Source: the human T2T-CHM13v2.0 reference genome, Homo sapiens. From it: a stretch of DNA of 64,000 nt. The number at the start of each line of letters is the position of its first letter. The first letter of the stretch is position 1. The DNA lies in assembly GCF_009914755.1 (NCBI RefSeq), contig NC_060925.1, one strand, 5' to 3'. The position numbers were made by a program, and so were the translations under genes. Below the pieces are notes generated by a model, which was not told where the DNA came from, searched no databases, and was given only the letters and a program-made list of their open reading frames with translations. Positions 1 to 14,528 of the stretch are shown here, piece by piece.

Positions 1-1276
1 TGTTATAAGGGATACTTATACTTCATCCAGAATAAATGTTCTTTTCATTCTTCTGTACTAAATTCAATGAAATATTAAACTTATTTGAGATGACAAGGAC
101 TATAATTATAACAGCTCATTCTGCTTAAGACATCCATCTAACCTAGTCTGTTCAAGCATGTCAAATTAAGAAGACTGGGAAGCTCCTTTTGCTTAAAAGG
201 AGCTACGACTTGAAAATTTCCAAATTTAGTTTCGCTGGATTAAAAATCAACATGAGAGAGCCAAAAATCTACGATTCCCAGTTGCACATGCCATTTCAAA
301 ATGTGTGCAACAGTTAAAGGCCTTTAATTATAACCTAAATTAATTGTTGAGACCAAGTTAGGAGGTAGAAAAGCATAGCTGTAAATAAATTGAGGACAAA
401 CTTTACGTCTTAATACGATTAAAAATAGTCACACAATTTCTGGAGAACGAAATTGCTCTAAAGTAAGTATTTGCTTAAACCAGGGCTTTTTAAGCTATAT
501 GGCAAGTCTTCGGGAGTTTCTGGATATATATGAACCCACAGAGAGGAACGTTAAAAATTACTAGGTAGCAAACACTCTATTATCCTTTCTGGAATGCAAC
601 TCTAAAAATTAATAACGAAGAAGCAAATCACTTTTTGCTTTCACTAAGAGCATGCTACAGGATAAATTATTAAACTAATCACGTATATTCCACAATTTGA
701 AACTTAAAAAAAAAGTTTAAGTTTTTAAAAATACCTTAATTTCAAAATGACCACATTAAAGAACACTTGATATACATTTCAAATCTGATTCTACAATTTC
801 TGCTGGCTTCATAAATTATTACAAGACAGTAAACTATTTTCCTCATCCTATATTTTAAAAAGCTGCAAATGATAAATCTGAAACAGTAATATCCTCATAC
901 TAACATAAGAAAGCAAGTGAGAGTCTCTTAAGGCTATTACTAATCAGCTGTATCTGACAGGGCACTTTAAGGAATTTGACACAAGACATAAATCACTGAA
1001 TTATTACTCAAAAAGAACCCCAAGATCATGAGACGGCTTTTGGTCATCTAGCAGAAAGAGTACACAAGCTGAAAATTCAGTTACATTCATATAGATGAAA
1101 GTATTGCTGGATGCTTCACATTTGAAATTTATTTTATTATGCTGAGCTAGGAGGGATCAATTTTTATGGCTATTTGATTTTGGAGTATTTGTTTAAATCT
1201 TTGTACCCTATGAAGTATATCCTTTTAGAGTGATTGTGTTTACAAGAGTAATGATGGCTGAAATATTAAAACTTCT

Positions 1277-1512
1277 TATGGTTAAGAGCGTGGACTCAGG
1301 AGTCAGGCAATCTAAGTTCAAATCCCAGCTCCATTATTTGTAGTTGGGTGACTTTGACAAGTAAATTAATTTCAGTATGCCTCAGTTTCTTTATCTACAA
1401 AATCACCGTAACTGTACCTTTAGGTATTGCTGTGATGATTAAATAAATGCATACAAAGCACTCAGAAGAATGTTGGATAAAGTAAACCCTACTGAAGTGT
1501 TAGCTATTACTG
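1277..1512 (+). mobile_element. MIR SINE
   Basis: ggttaagagc...ttcaaatcccagctcc...gtgactttgacaagt...gcctcagtttctttatct core. Confidence 0.8.
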
Positions 1513-2329
1513 TAAATCATGGTTGTGCCTTCTGTACAAAAATTACATATACACTTCACTGTATGTTAGAAGTTACGCGCTTCAGATTTCAAAAGCTGTT
1601 TTGTGTGTGACAGGGGAGGGCTAAAATTTTAACGGCAAGATAAAAATTACTATCATACTGATTTTCAGAGTTTGGTGATAATTATATTCAGCTATGTTTT
1701 CTTAATCACCTAATTGGTAAATCTTTCCCCCTCTCAGTACTAGGTGGCTCTAGGGCACAGTGATAGTATATTATGCGGTACTTGAATAAGACATGTATAG
1801 TTTAGCTGTGGGGAGGAGGCACACACACAACATAATGAATGAAACTGTAACGTACTGACGATAAATATACAGACATCATTTAGAATGTATCTCTTTGTCA
1901 TTTAATGTATGTGTGTATTTATGTCTGTGGGAAAAGAGCAGGCAGGAATTAGCATAATTTATGGGGGATGCATTGGGAGAGACCACTCAAACAACTGGTA
2001 ATGGGACGTAAGGCTGACCATGGAAACTGGGACAAAATTAGAAAACTCTGACATGAACAACTTAGTTTAAAAATCTATTTGGCAGGCAAAAGACAGTCAT
2101 TGTAGTTTCTTGAACAAAGAAAATAAAGATCAGTTTAGATGTGTTATACAAAATAAACTGCAGGAGGGTTGAAACCAGGTTGGTAGCCCAATCATGACTC
2201 AGGACGGCGGGCAGCGTGGGGAAAGGCAACAGACCTAAGGATTAGACAGACAAGGTGAAGGGAAGGGAACACTCAAAATTTACAAATAAAGCAGACATCC
2301 TTGGTTTTCTTTCAATATCCTTTCCCTGT

Positions 2330-2872
2330 TCTTTCCTCCTCAAAGGACTCCAAAAATCTCTGGCATCCACTCTTTCCTGACATAGATCATGTGGCTTAGG
2401 GGAAAACTAACATCACACTCACAGCTTCAAGGTGAGCAAGACTGGTTTAAGGATAATCTAACTTGCCTTGCCAGGGATTGGTTCAGAAATAAGCAGGTGA
2501 CCCTCTCCTGAACCTGTGAGAGGCCAATGAGATGAGAGATGTTAAGAACTTTTGGCAAAGTTCTTCCAAATTCTGGAAGGTCTTCCGGAAGTAACGTTTT
2601 CGCTTTCCTGTTGGATGTGATCAAAGTAGCATGTACCCCTTCCTGCTACTGGCAGGCAGCCTATGAGAGTGAGGGTAAACTCCTCAGTCTGCAACCACTA
2701 TGAAGAGCAAGACTGAGAGACGGAGAGAAGCTAGCTAGCTGATGACGACATTGTTGAGATGCTGAAGTAAACAACCCTCATGGGGTTCAGTTATGTGAGC
2801 CAGTAAATTTCTTCCCTGTTTAGTCTCAGGCAGCATTTGTTATTTACATCTGAAAGCGTGCTAAGTAATACT
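2330..2872 (+). mobile_element. Old MaLR LTR (MLT1J/K-like)
   Basis: gattggttcag...ggccaatgaga...ttcagttatgtgagccagtaaatt...tgaaagcgtgctaagtaata, typical of MLT1 LTRs. Confidence 0.6.
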
Positions 2873-3554
2873 GTTTCTGTGCATGGGCATGAAGAAAACT
2901 GCTGGTGACAGAAACAATAAAGCTGGGATGGGAATTTATTTGCAAAGTTGACAAGTTCAGCCTTGGGCACTGTAAGATGAAGTTGATAACGCTCGCTTTT
3001 CTAGACTTGTATCCATTAGAGCATACCTAAAGAACCAATGTTCTTATTGTCCAGCTAAGAAAAATGTCCTATTTATCTTGTAGAATTAGGGTGAAAAGTA
3101 GAAAAGTGAGAAGAGTTCTCATGGAATTTATCCTTGGTTCAGAGCCAGACTTAGTCTTCCATACTGAGCCCAGGTGCCTGTACTTAATTCCTCCAGTTCT
3201 GGATCCTTGTCTGCTGTTATCTCAAAAACTGGCTGCTCCATCTTTCTGTTCTCATGTCTTTGCAAGGTCCTTATGTGGCAACTGACACCTCCATTCATTT
3301 CCTGGAAGTCTTGATTTTCTGGTTTACGGACTGAACCACTCCATTAACAATATCAGAAATATCAAAAATGTGTTCCTTGACTATTAATCTGAGAATCTGA
3401 CCCAGAACTATTTTTTCATTCTGGCTGCCAAACTCAACTAATCTTGTTGCTGCCATTTCTCATTACAATGAGCACACTGAGGTTTTGAAGAATTTGTAAT
3501 TTCATATCACATTTCTGAACAAAGTGGGAAATGTTCATTTAAAAATATGATTAA

Positions 3555-3690
3555 GCTGGACATGAGATGGTGTGTGCCATAATCTCAGCTCCTCGGGAGG
3601 CTGAAGTGGGAAGATGGCTTGAGTCCAGGAGTTCAAGACTAGCCTGGGCAACACAGTGTGATCCCATCTCAAAGAATAAATTAATTTATT
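3555..3690 (+). mobile_element. Free Alu monomer (FLAM-like) with target-site duplication
   Basis: Single monomer with B box gagttcaagac; flanked on both sides by tttaaaaatatgatta. Confidence 0.85.
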
Positions 3691-4089
3691 TTAAAAATAT
3701 GATTATATTCTGGGGATCTAATAAAAACGCAAAATTAATGCCTACAATTTTGGTCTAATTGATATATTTTAATAATTATTTTTATAAACTTAAAATGCCT
3801 AGTTATATCATTAATCTACTTTCCAAATCTTAACATCTCCTTTAAACTGTAAAAAATATTTTAAATAGAAGTGCTTTATAAAGATATTAAAATTAATACT
3901 TTACTTATAATCACACATAATTTTAAATTTTACATTAAAATAACAAGGCCATTAAAACATTCATCAATTTTAAAAAATCAAAGTATAGAATACTAGATCA
4001 TCTCTTTTCATGGTAGACAGCTGTTTGCTTAGATTACAGATACTTCCCAAAATATCCATTTAATGTCACAGTGACTGAGATTTTTTTAC

Positions 4090-4224
4090 CTGATGTTCCA
4101 GCTTCATGGTTTTTTTCTTCAGGTTTGCCATTTGTCTTGAAAGCTCTTTTTTCATCCACCTCATCATCCCCCCACCATGACGGCTGCCCATATAATGGAG
4201 TACCACGGGGCATAGCAGAAATAT
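4090..4224 (-). CDS. CEP170: CEP170 exon 7; the gene continues beyond the left edge of the window
   Basis: ctctttccag|ATATTT...TCAG|gtaaaa; 135 nt = (D)[44 protein letters not shown], with the CEP170-family [10 protein letters not shown] motif. Confidence 0.96.
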
Positions 4225-4984
4225 CTGGAAAGAGGTGGGAAAAATCTGTCTAAAGCAGATGAAACAGAAAAGAATACACTTTCGCAGAATGCTAGAACTG
4301 CCTGCTTGATTAATTAAATTAAAAAGCAAAGTATAGTCTTGATAGCTAAAATGTACTCTATACTGAATTAACTCGGTATTTGTGGAAGATCTTATACAAT
4401 GTTGGACATGACTAAATAAATAAGATTTCCACTGGGTGGTATCTAAGTAACACAACGTGCTACATATCTCAATAGCTTTTTGTTAAGGTGTTATGAGTTG
4501 TTTGCTATATAACTGAACTGCTTGTAACAAATGGCATTTTACTTGAATTTAGACAGAAAGTGACCTCAGAAGAACAAGTTTGTTGAAACTAGACAATAAT
4601 CAACTAGGGAAGAACAAAACCAGTCTGATCAGAAATGGCTCATTAAGACTAAATGTAAAAGACAAAGCTAAAGTAAATTTTCACATGAGTAGCTATTTTC
4701 CAATTTTTTTCCAGCCCAAGGACACAAAAACTAGTTCTTAACAGAACTAACATATTTTTGTTTGAGCAAATGTAGTAATGCCTATTCATTTAAAAACTTG
4801 TTTCTGTTTGAATGGGATTATTTATGTAAGGCATTTTATAACGTGCCTAGAATTGTAAATTATTATATGGTGATACAGCCACATTTGATTTAAAAAATTT
4901 TTCTTTTAATTCGTTTTCGTTGTTATGCTGCAGAAGAAAATGCAGACAAACATGAAATAATAAAAATATTATAAGGTAAACTAC

Positions 4985-5313
4985 ACAGTTAACCCTCTGA
5001 ATCTGTAGGTTCTGCATCCATGGGTTCAATTAGCTGCAGATGAAAAATGTTTTGGGGGAAAAAATTCCACTACATTCCAAAATGCAAGACTTAAATTTGC
5101 CTTATGCCAAGTACTATTAAACAAATGAAGTGAGGTGTATGCATTGTATTAGGTATTATAAGTGATCTAGAGATGATTTAAAGTATACAGGAGGATGTGT
5201 TCAAGTTATGTGCAAATACTATGCCATTTTACATAAGGAACTTGAGCATCGTGAATTCTGGTATTCATGGGAGTCCTGAAACCAGTCCCCCACGGATACT
5301 GAAGGATGACCAT
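4985..5313 (-). mobile_element. MER2-like TcMar-Tigger DNA transposon
   Basis: attaggtattataagtgatctagagatgatttaaagtatacaggaggatgtg...cccccacggatactgaaggatgac. Confidence 0.75.
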
Positions 5314-5547
5314 ATTTACTTCTCTTAAACATTTAAACATATTAAGCACACCTATATATAACTGCTATATATAATTATGTGTTTTATAATGTTTCCTAAT
5401 GAAAGCACTGGTAGCATTAAAACACACTCTGAAATTATCACTATTATAAATTATTTTTATATGGACATAGCCAACTTTCTGAGAACAAAGCATGCAGTGT
5501 CTTCAAGATCAAGTATAAAGATGGTCTTTCGAGAGAGGCCAGCTTAC

Positions 5548-5710
5548 CCATGGCTTTTTCCTCGGATTTCAGTGCTTCAGTAGTTTTGTGCTGCACTTCA
5601 GTAGCAGCGTCTGCTACCTTTGAATCTATGCTTTTGGCACTTGCAGATTTGGATAATTCTGATTCTGAAGATTTTTGGGACAACTGAAGCTGAATGGTAA
5701 ACTTCTCATG
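5548..5710 (-). CDS. CEP170: CEP170 exon 6
   Basis: ttttatag|CATGAG...ATGG|gtaagc; 163 nt = [54 protein letters not shown]; overlaps ORF 5444..5683. Confidence 0.96.
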
Positions 5711-5806
5711 CTATAAAACATTTAAAAATGGAAGTGAAACATCAAGAAGTAAAATCAACCATAGTGAAGAGTAGATTTGCAAAAGAAGTTAAGTAAAAAC
5801 TGTTAC

Positions 5807-5865
5807 CTTAAGAGCTTCTTCAGGGACCCTCATTTCTCCTTGTACTACAGTGAAAAGATTTGTAT
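5807..5865 (-). CDS. CEP170: CEP170 exon 5, starting after a U12 AC acceptor
   Basis: ttccttagccccgtttac|ATACAAAT...AAG|gtaaca; 59 nt = (D)TNLFTVVQGEMRVPEEALK; restores frame between exons 4 and 6. Confidence 0.94.
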
Positions 5866-7054
5866 GTAAACGGGGCTAAGGAAGAATATAACCTCAAATT
5901 TCTGATAATTGAGCTAAAAATCGTCATCAAATGTAATTTAGAAATTGTTCTATTTCAACAGGTAACTACAGCAGAATTATTATATTTCCCCTGAATAGTT
6001 AAATATTAAAATATGGTCACCAATGTAAACATTTTCATTTTAAAATACTAAAAATCTTAAGATCCAGCAAGTTTTCTAATTTTAAGTAATGGTGGCCCTC
6101 AAGAAGCAAACAACTGGGTAATTTATCAGAGCACAGAGACATTTTCAATTTTCACTAACAATAATATGAGATAACTACAAAGAAAAAGTACATGCATCAA
6201 ATTATATTGAGAGCTAATCACAAAAATGTAAGGAAATATCTCATCAATGATTAACCAACAGCAATTCCTAAAAGAATTTGATTACTCAAACTTCATAAGC
6301 ATTGATAAAAATGAAGTTCATTTTGCAAGTGCAAAAGAAATGCTATAATTAGGGTCCTTACAGCAACCACAACCATGACTGTTCCCCATGAATTGCAATC
6401 AAGGTCGTATTACATTATCAAACAATGGATACTATACCAAGATGAGATTAGAACCAAGTGCTAGATACAATGAATGCCTTCATTATTAAACCAAAAAGAA
6501 CACTGCCTCTGTATATTAAAAAGATCTATTCACTAAAGAGTAGAGGTCACATTTCCCACCATTACTTAACTCTGTAATGAGAGGACTTTTATAACCATGT
6601 ACTAAATTCTATTCCTTACCAGTTCAGAGCACTCATGACTTCGAGGGTAGAAAGCTGTAACTATCATGACTACTTGGGGGAAAAAGATGACTTCCCAAGC
6701 ATAAGGGAAGTAGGAAACTTGTGAGTATTTATTCTAGGTTTCTACTTGTTAAAATAATAAAAATTCAGAATTGTAAATATGAAGAGTTTTGGGAAATATT
6801 CTGTTCAATTCCATTAGTCCCTCCTGTTTCATAAATAAAGAACCTGGGTAATGGACGGACAGAAACCAAAACAAGAGTCTAGTCAACTGAATCCCAGGCC
6901 AGGGCTCTCCTATTAATCTACATCGCTTTTTCCTATAGCTTTGAAATATTAAAATTTTCCTTTTTGTCACATTCATACACTGGTATATATTTGCTGGTAC
7001 ATATGGAAATACACATCTCATAACTAAGTATATTTAATAAAAGATAATGTCTAA

Positions 7055-7505
7055 ATTGCAAACATATGGAATCAATCTAAATGCCCATCAACTGATAAGT
7101 GGTTTAAGAAAATGTGGTATATATACACCATGGAATACTACTCAGCCATAAAAAAGAATGAAATAGTGTCTTTTGCAGCAACTTGTATGGAACTGAAGGC
7201 TATTACTCTAAGTAAAGTAACTCAGGAATCAAAAACCCAAATACCACATGTCCTCACTTCCAAGTGGGACCTAAGCTATGGGTACACAAAGGCATACAGA
7301 GTGGTATAATGAACACTGGATAATCAGAAGTGGGGAAGCCGGAAGGCGGGGTGAGGGATGAAAAACTACCTATTGAGGTACAGTGTATACTACTCAGGTG
7401 GTGGGTACACTAAAATCCCAGACTTCACCCTTGCACAATTCATCCATGTATCCAAAAAATCACTTGTATCCCTAAAGCTATTGAAATTTCTTTAAAAAGA
7501 CAAAA
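7055..7505 (+). mobile_element. L1 3' end (L1PB-like): ORF2 C-terminus plus 3'UTR
   Basis: ORF 7112..7309 MWYIYTMEYYSAIKKNE is the L1 ORF2 terminus. Confidence 0.9.
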
Positions 7506-9619
7506 AATGTGATTAAGCTATTATAAGAAAAAACCTAGAATTTAATAAGTATACATACATTCGCATATTTATATAATATGAATTATATAAACACATATAT
7601 ATAATATAGAAAAACACTAGGGCATGACTACTGCAGATATTATTGAAGTTTTTCATTCTTTTCTGAAAATTGCTTTCTATCTGATGTGGTTACAGATGTG
7701 AGTTCCCTGAAGCAATATTATGGTAAAAACTTTGCTTTAAATATAATAATAATACTGTCTAGTAACTTTGTTTTATCCGCAAAAAACTCATAAACAGCTA
7801 GAGAAAATTCATAGCATTCCTACTTTTTCTATGAAAAAAGGCATTAAAAATGGACAGTCATTACCATTTTTTCCATGGAAAACACAAGTGATTTCAGCCT
7901 GTTGTGAGGGTTTTCGGGTGCTTCAAGCTTACCTCCTGGGAGTGCCTGAAGGCAACTTCCCAGGGCTCGTCTGGGGTATCCTCTTTAAACCTAGACACTC
8001 TTCAGGTCATGGAGAGCTTGAGAGGAGCCATCCTTCTCAGGTTCAAACATTTTACCTTCCAAAAATGTTTGTGTGTGTGGAAACGAAGAAGACCTCAAGA
8101 AGCCTCTTGTTTGGGTCATTAATTCATCTGGGAACTCTGGTGTAACTGTGAGATCTGGAGACTGCTCTAGCCCCAGCTTTTCCCTCCAAGGCTACCATCT
8201 TCTTAGTGGTGCAGGCCTATGTAGCTATTTTTAACTTGCTAATCAAGAAAAATGACAAACAGAGGTAGAATAACGCATGATATCAGTAAGTTATAAAAAG
8301 TTTGAATTCTTGCTTATTAAAAAATCATAATTTGACAGGTTATTTCTCCACTTCTTTATATAAAACTATGATTGCTATTCTAAGCCATCCCCCTGTACTG
8401 ACCTAAGTCAATTTATTCAAGAAATGTTTATCTAAAAGTAGGACTGTGGAAACTCCCCTGAATACTAGTAATGTGTTCTTAGATACGGTTCCTCCCACTC
8501 TTTTATTTTAATGACAAAATAAAAAACAGAGCGAAACTTTAAACAGCGTTAGTTATTCCAAGGGGTATGACCTAAAATATGAAGTGTCAGATATCACTGT
8601 AAACATATCTTTCAAAAATCATGTCAGATAATTAAGAAAACCTGAATAAAATTATTTCATACAAGGAAAGATCAGAAAAACATATTTTTCAAAATTAATA
8701 TATTTCATACATGTGATTTAAAAAAACATATAATAAGGCTATCCCTAGAAATTCTTAAGGTTACCCAAAAATGTTTCCTTTTCATTACAAATATGGAAAT
8801 TTTCCCTCATTTAACAACAATTGATAATAAAACATACAATTATGATAAATTAGAGTCCACAGAGAATTAGTAAGGTAGGTCCTAGGAGACAATAAGGGTT
8901 TAAAAGAAAGTTAACAGCAGGAAACTTTCTAAGGGGAAAATTTTATCTATCTGCTTAATTTTGCCTATACCTTCAAAAAAAGGTATCATTTTATTTTAGG
9001 AGATGATTATCTTTCCAACTTGTAGAAGATCCTGTTCTTTAAAAACATAGTTTTCAAACAACTGATTTAAACTTCTCTATCACTTCATTTTTTCATCCAA
9101 AAAAGCTCATTTCCATTAATTTTTAAAATTTAGTTCTTTTAAGCTTTGAGAAATGTCCTCTATTTTTGAAATTTGAAAAATATTAATATGCTCATGTTTT
9201 GTTATGGATATCAACCACATAGATAAGGAAAAATCTTAACTTCTCTGAATGAAAGTTCTTAATTTTTGCTTACATTTAACTTCCCCTTGATCATTCAGCA
9301 GCCGTTATCTTGACAGCCTACCAAACAGTGGTATATATAGTGCTGGAAGTACAGATTAATTATAGTTTTAGATGCTATGATATGATGTATTGGAGTTTTC
9401 TTTAACCTGGTTTCTAATATGACTAACCCAATCATTTTGTGGGCCATTATGCAGGAATATACAACTTCTTTGGGAAAATACATAAATCACAATTTTAAAA
9501 TAGAAGGTACTGGGTTCTTACTTATGATGACTTACATGATTAAAATGATTGGCGGGTGGATCTTGTGATTCAAGATATTTAAGTAATGTGTAAATAATTT
9601 CCCACAAAATGTGGAAACC

Positions 9620-9890
9620 ATACTATACTCTGCTTTTCCTCCTAGCACATTAGTGGTTTCTCCTTAGTCTCTTTTACTGGTTCCTAATCTCACCCATCTC
9701 TTAATATTGGAATGTACCAGGTGTCAGTCCTTGAACCTCTTATCAATCTATATTCATTCCCTTAATGATCTCATTCAGTCTTATGGTTTTAAATATTATT
9801 TATATAATAAAAATCCCCACATTCATATCTTTAGCTTCTACTTCACCCCTGGATTCAACTTTACATTCAACATGCCCCAAATCAACTTCT
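9620..9890 (+). mobile_element. L2 fragment, left part of an element split by L1
   Basis: tcagtccttgaacctctt...tgatctcattcagtcttatggttttaaata L2 pattern. Confidence 0.65.
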
Positions 9891-10371
9891 CAATCTTCTG
9901 GATAAGATGGAGTAAAAAGAATTGGATTTATTCTCCTACATTAAACAACTAAAAGATGGGTAAAACACATGATACAATGTTTTACAAGACAATTGGCATC
10001 AGGCAACAAAAGACAATGATCTCCCAGAGAAGGGCAACAAAGCAAGAGTCCAATCACTGCCCCAACTCACTGCCCTGTGAAAGTTTCTAGGTCACACTGT
10101 GAGGAAGAATAATCCAGACAGAGCCTGGCAGACTCCCTGAGTTGTGATGGAAATGAAGTCAAGAGTCCAAGCAAATCAACATTACTGGAATTCCCAGGAC
10201 TGAGTACTGAAGACAAGCCTGCACAGAAAGAGAATTCCAGAGATTTTCAGTCTCTGGAAAATATTAGAGATAATAGTACCCAGTGCCCACACATAGGGCC
10301 AGGAATAGTACCTACTCTCAACAGCTAGACTGTAAAACCTCATGCATGATTCATGAGTCACTGGGTAGAGC

Positions 10372-10572
10372 ACAAGTCAGCAAACTTTTTCTGTAAAGGG
10401 CCAGATAGTAAATCTTTCAGGTTTTTCAGGCCACGTGATCTCTGCTTCAGCTACTCAACTCTGCAGCGGTAGAGCAAAAGTGGCCACAGAAATATGTTAA
10501 TAGATTGGGCATAGCGATGTTCCAACAAAACAGCCTGAGGACCAGATTTGGTCAATGAGTTTACTGACCCCC
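10372..10572 (+). mobile_element. MER58A (hAT-Charlie)
   Basis: gtcagcaaactttttctgtaaagggccagatagtaaat...tttactgacccc. Confidence 0.8.
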
Positions 10573-11168
10573 CACAGTAGAACATACAGAAAGGTCTTGC
10601 CTCAGTAGTTGGGAATAATTAGCCCAGAACAATCTTAGAAGCCTAACAAATCTTAAAGGAAAGACTCAAAGTGATAAAACTGTTTCCAAGTAACTTGTAT
10701 TCCAGAAGAATGCTCAAAAATACTTATATAAATACTAAAATATGCATAACACTCAGCAAAGTAAAATTCACAATGCCTGCCATCTAATAAAAAATTACTA
10801 TGAGTGTAAAAATTAATCAATGGAAATCAACCCAGAAGAGATAAACAAATTTTAAAATAAATAATGGAGATTTTTTCCAAATTGGATTGAAACTATAAAG
10901 CCACAGGATTTTAGAAGGTCAACAAACCCCAAGGGAGGAACAAAAAAACAACAAACAAAAAGAAAGAAGAAGAAAGAAGGAAGAAAAAAGAAAGAAGAAA
11001 GAAGGAAGAAAAAAGAAAGAAGAAGAAAGCTACACCAAGACACATCATAATCAAACAGTTCAAAGCCAGGGACAAAGGAAAATAATGTGAGAATACAGTG
11101 GAGCAACATCTTTAAAGTGCTAAAAATAAGAAAAAGCCAATTTCGAATTCTATCCCCAGCAACAGTAA

Positions 11169-11462
<294 letters not shown>

Positions 11463-13029
11463 ATATTATCTTTCAATAACTAAGATGAAATACTTTTCTA
11501 GACATATAAAAGCTGACAGAATTCATCACCAGCAAAGCCATAGTACAAGAAATGTTGAAGGAAGTCCATCAGGTAGAAACAAACTGACATTATGTGAAAA
11601 TATGGATCTGTACAAAGGGATGAAGAATACCAGAAATGGAAGGTTCGTGGGTTTCAGACATAAGTACAATGGGTATAAAAATATGTATTTTAAAATATGT
11701 ATTTTAAGATTTTAAAAATTATTTAAACCTCTTTAAATGACAATTGACTTTTTACTAATAACAATGTAGTATGGGGTTTGTGACACACATAAAAATAAAA
11801 TACATGACATCATAGCACAAAGGTCAAGACGAAAGTATACTGTTGTAATGTTCTTGTACAATATGTAAAGTGGTATAATGTTACTTGAAGATAAAACTTG
11901 AAATTAAAGACAAATTATAAGTCCTAAAGGTACCACTAAAACAACAACAAAAAATTACGGCAAATAAGCCAACAAAGGAGATAAAATGAAATAATAAAAA
12001 CTATTCAGATAACTCAAATGAAATCAGAAACAGGGAAAGAGAAAACATAAAACTAATGGGTCAAACAGGACACAAATTTCAAGATGATAGATTTAAAACT
12101 AACCACATCAATTATCACAATAAATGTGAATGGCCTACATCACCAAATAAAAGTAAAAATTATCGTATCAGATAAAAAAGTAAGAACAACTATATGCTGC
12201 CTACTTTACAGGTAAAGACAAACAGGGTAAAAATTAAAAATATAAGTAGACAACAGAAAGCTGGAACAACTATAATATTAAGACAAACTAGATTTCAGAG
12301 CAAAGAATCTTATTATGGATAAAGCAGGTCATTGCATAATGATAGAGGGGGATAATTCATCAAGATAGCATAATAATCCAGGTTGTCTATGCAACTAATA
12401 AAAGAGCTGCAAATGACAAAGCAAAAAGTTCTGCAAGGAGGAGGGGGCGAACCCATAATTATAGCCTGAGATTTCAATACCCCTTTCTTAATAATTGAAA
12501 GAGTAAGAAGACAATAAATCAGTAAAATACAGCAGACCTGAACACCCACCAAGCCAACCTGGCCTAACTAACATTTATAGAACATTCCAACCCCCAAATA
12601 GCAGAACGCATATCCTTTTTAGGTACATATGGAACATTTACCAAGATAGAACATATTCTGGGCCACAGAACAAGTCTCAATAAATTGAAAAGGATTTGAG
12701 ACATACAAAGTATGTTCTCTGAGCAAAATGGAATTAGAAATCAGTAACAGAAATATATCTGGAAAACTCCCCAAATATTTGGAAACTAAACAAACTTATA
12801 ATCTGTGACTCAAAGAAGAAAATAAAAAAGGAAATTAGAAACATTAAAGTAGTAATTGGGGGAAAATTTATAGCTCTAAACACCAGTATTAGAAAAGAAA
12901 GGTCTCAACTGAATGACCTCAGCTCCTACCTAGAAAAAAGTTTAGAATAAAGGTAACAGAAATCAAATAGAAAACAGAAAAATGTGAAAACTTGGTTAAG
13001 TCTAAAGCTAGTATTTTGAGATGATTCTT

Positions 13030-13965
13030 CCCATTTTCTCCACAAAACTTGCTCTACCTACAGAATTCTCTATCAGTTATTAAAAGGATGCCTTCCTTTT
13101 TCATATTGCTCAGGCCTAAATTCTGGTTCATCCTTGACTCTTTCTCTTACTCTACATCCAGTCTAATCAGAAAACTTTATTGGCTACATCTTCAAAATAT
13201 ACACAGAATCCTTTCATTTCTACTTCCAGATATATCACCCTGGTCCAAACCTCCTTTACCGTTCACCTGAACTACTGCAATAGCCTCCTAACTGGTCTCT
13301 CTTTTCATACCCCTGCCCACTCCACCCTTAGTTTTCTTTGAACAAGAGTAGCCAGAGGATCTTTTTAGATGTATGTCATTTATCACTCCGATTAAAAAAA
13401 AACAAAAACAAAAACGCCTCCAAAGACTACCCATTTCACTCAGAATAAAAGTCAAAATCCTTATAATGTCCTACGAGAACTGATATATTCTGACTCCTAA
13501 TATACTCATGTTCTTTGCTGGCTCCAACCACACTGGCTTTTAAATGCTATTCCTCCAATATGTCAAACATGTCTCTGCTTCAAGTCCTTTGTACTATACC
13601 CTCATCTGTCTGCAGGACAATATCTCCATATATCCATATGGCTAACTTCTTTACTTTCTCCACATCTTTGCCCCAGTGCTGGCTTCTCATTGAGGTCTTC
13701 GTGAATATTCTTTTTAAAACTCTAACTTCCCACTTACCAACACTAGCTCTCTGCCTCCCACTTTCACTTTTTTCCATAGAACTTACCATCCTCTAATACC
13801 CTCACTTCTAGTGTGTGCTGTCAGTCCCTTCAACCCCACTAAAGTGTAGGCTACAGGAGAACAGTGATTATGATCTATTTTATTCACAGTTATATTTCCC
13901 AAACCACTGGGACTATGCCTGGCACATAGAAGACATTTAATAAATAATTAGGAAATGAATAAACT
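13030..13965 (+). mobile_element. L2 3' part, continuation of the 9620 fragment
   Basis: cacctgaactactgcaatagcctcctaactggtctc...tgcctggcacatagaagacatttaataaata...gaatgaa-like end. Confidence 0.8.
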
Positions 13966-14202
13966 TTTCCTTATCAGCCTCATTTTTGGCTACCTGAAGA
14001 TTTATTACCACTTTTTGAAGTTTTTCTTGATTACTGCAGCATTTTAGTACTCCTTATGAGTTTACGGTCATTTTAAAAGCTTGTATATTTCACTGAGTAT
14101 GTGCTTTTCCAAATCACTTATTTCTCCAGTTACAAAAAAGACTTATGTTGCCTAATTCTAGTCTTGATCCATGTTAAATTGCTCCTTCTATTGATGTAGC
14201 AT

Positions 14203-14528
<326 letters not shown>

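Noticed and set aside
4066-4455. 129-aa minus-strand ORF
   Set aside because: It is an out-of-frame reading across CEP170 exon 7 and flanking intron.
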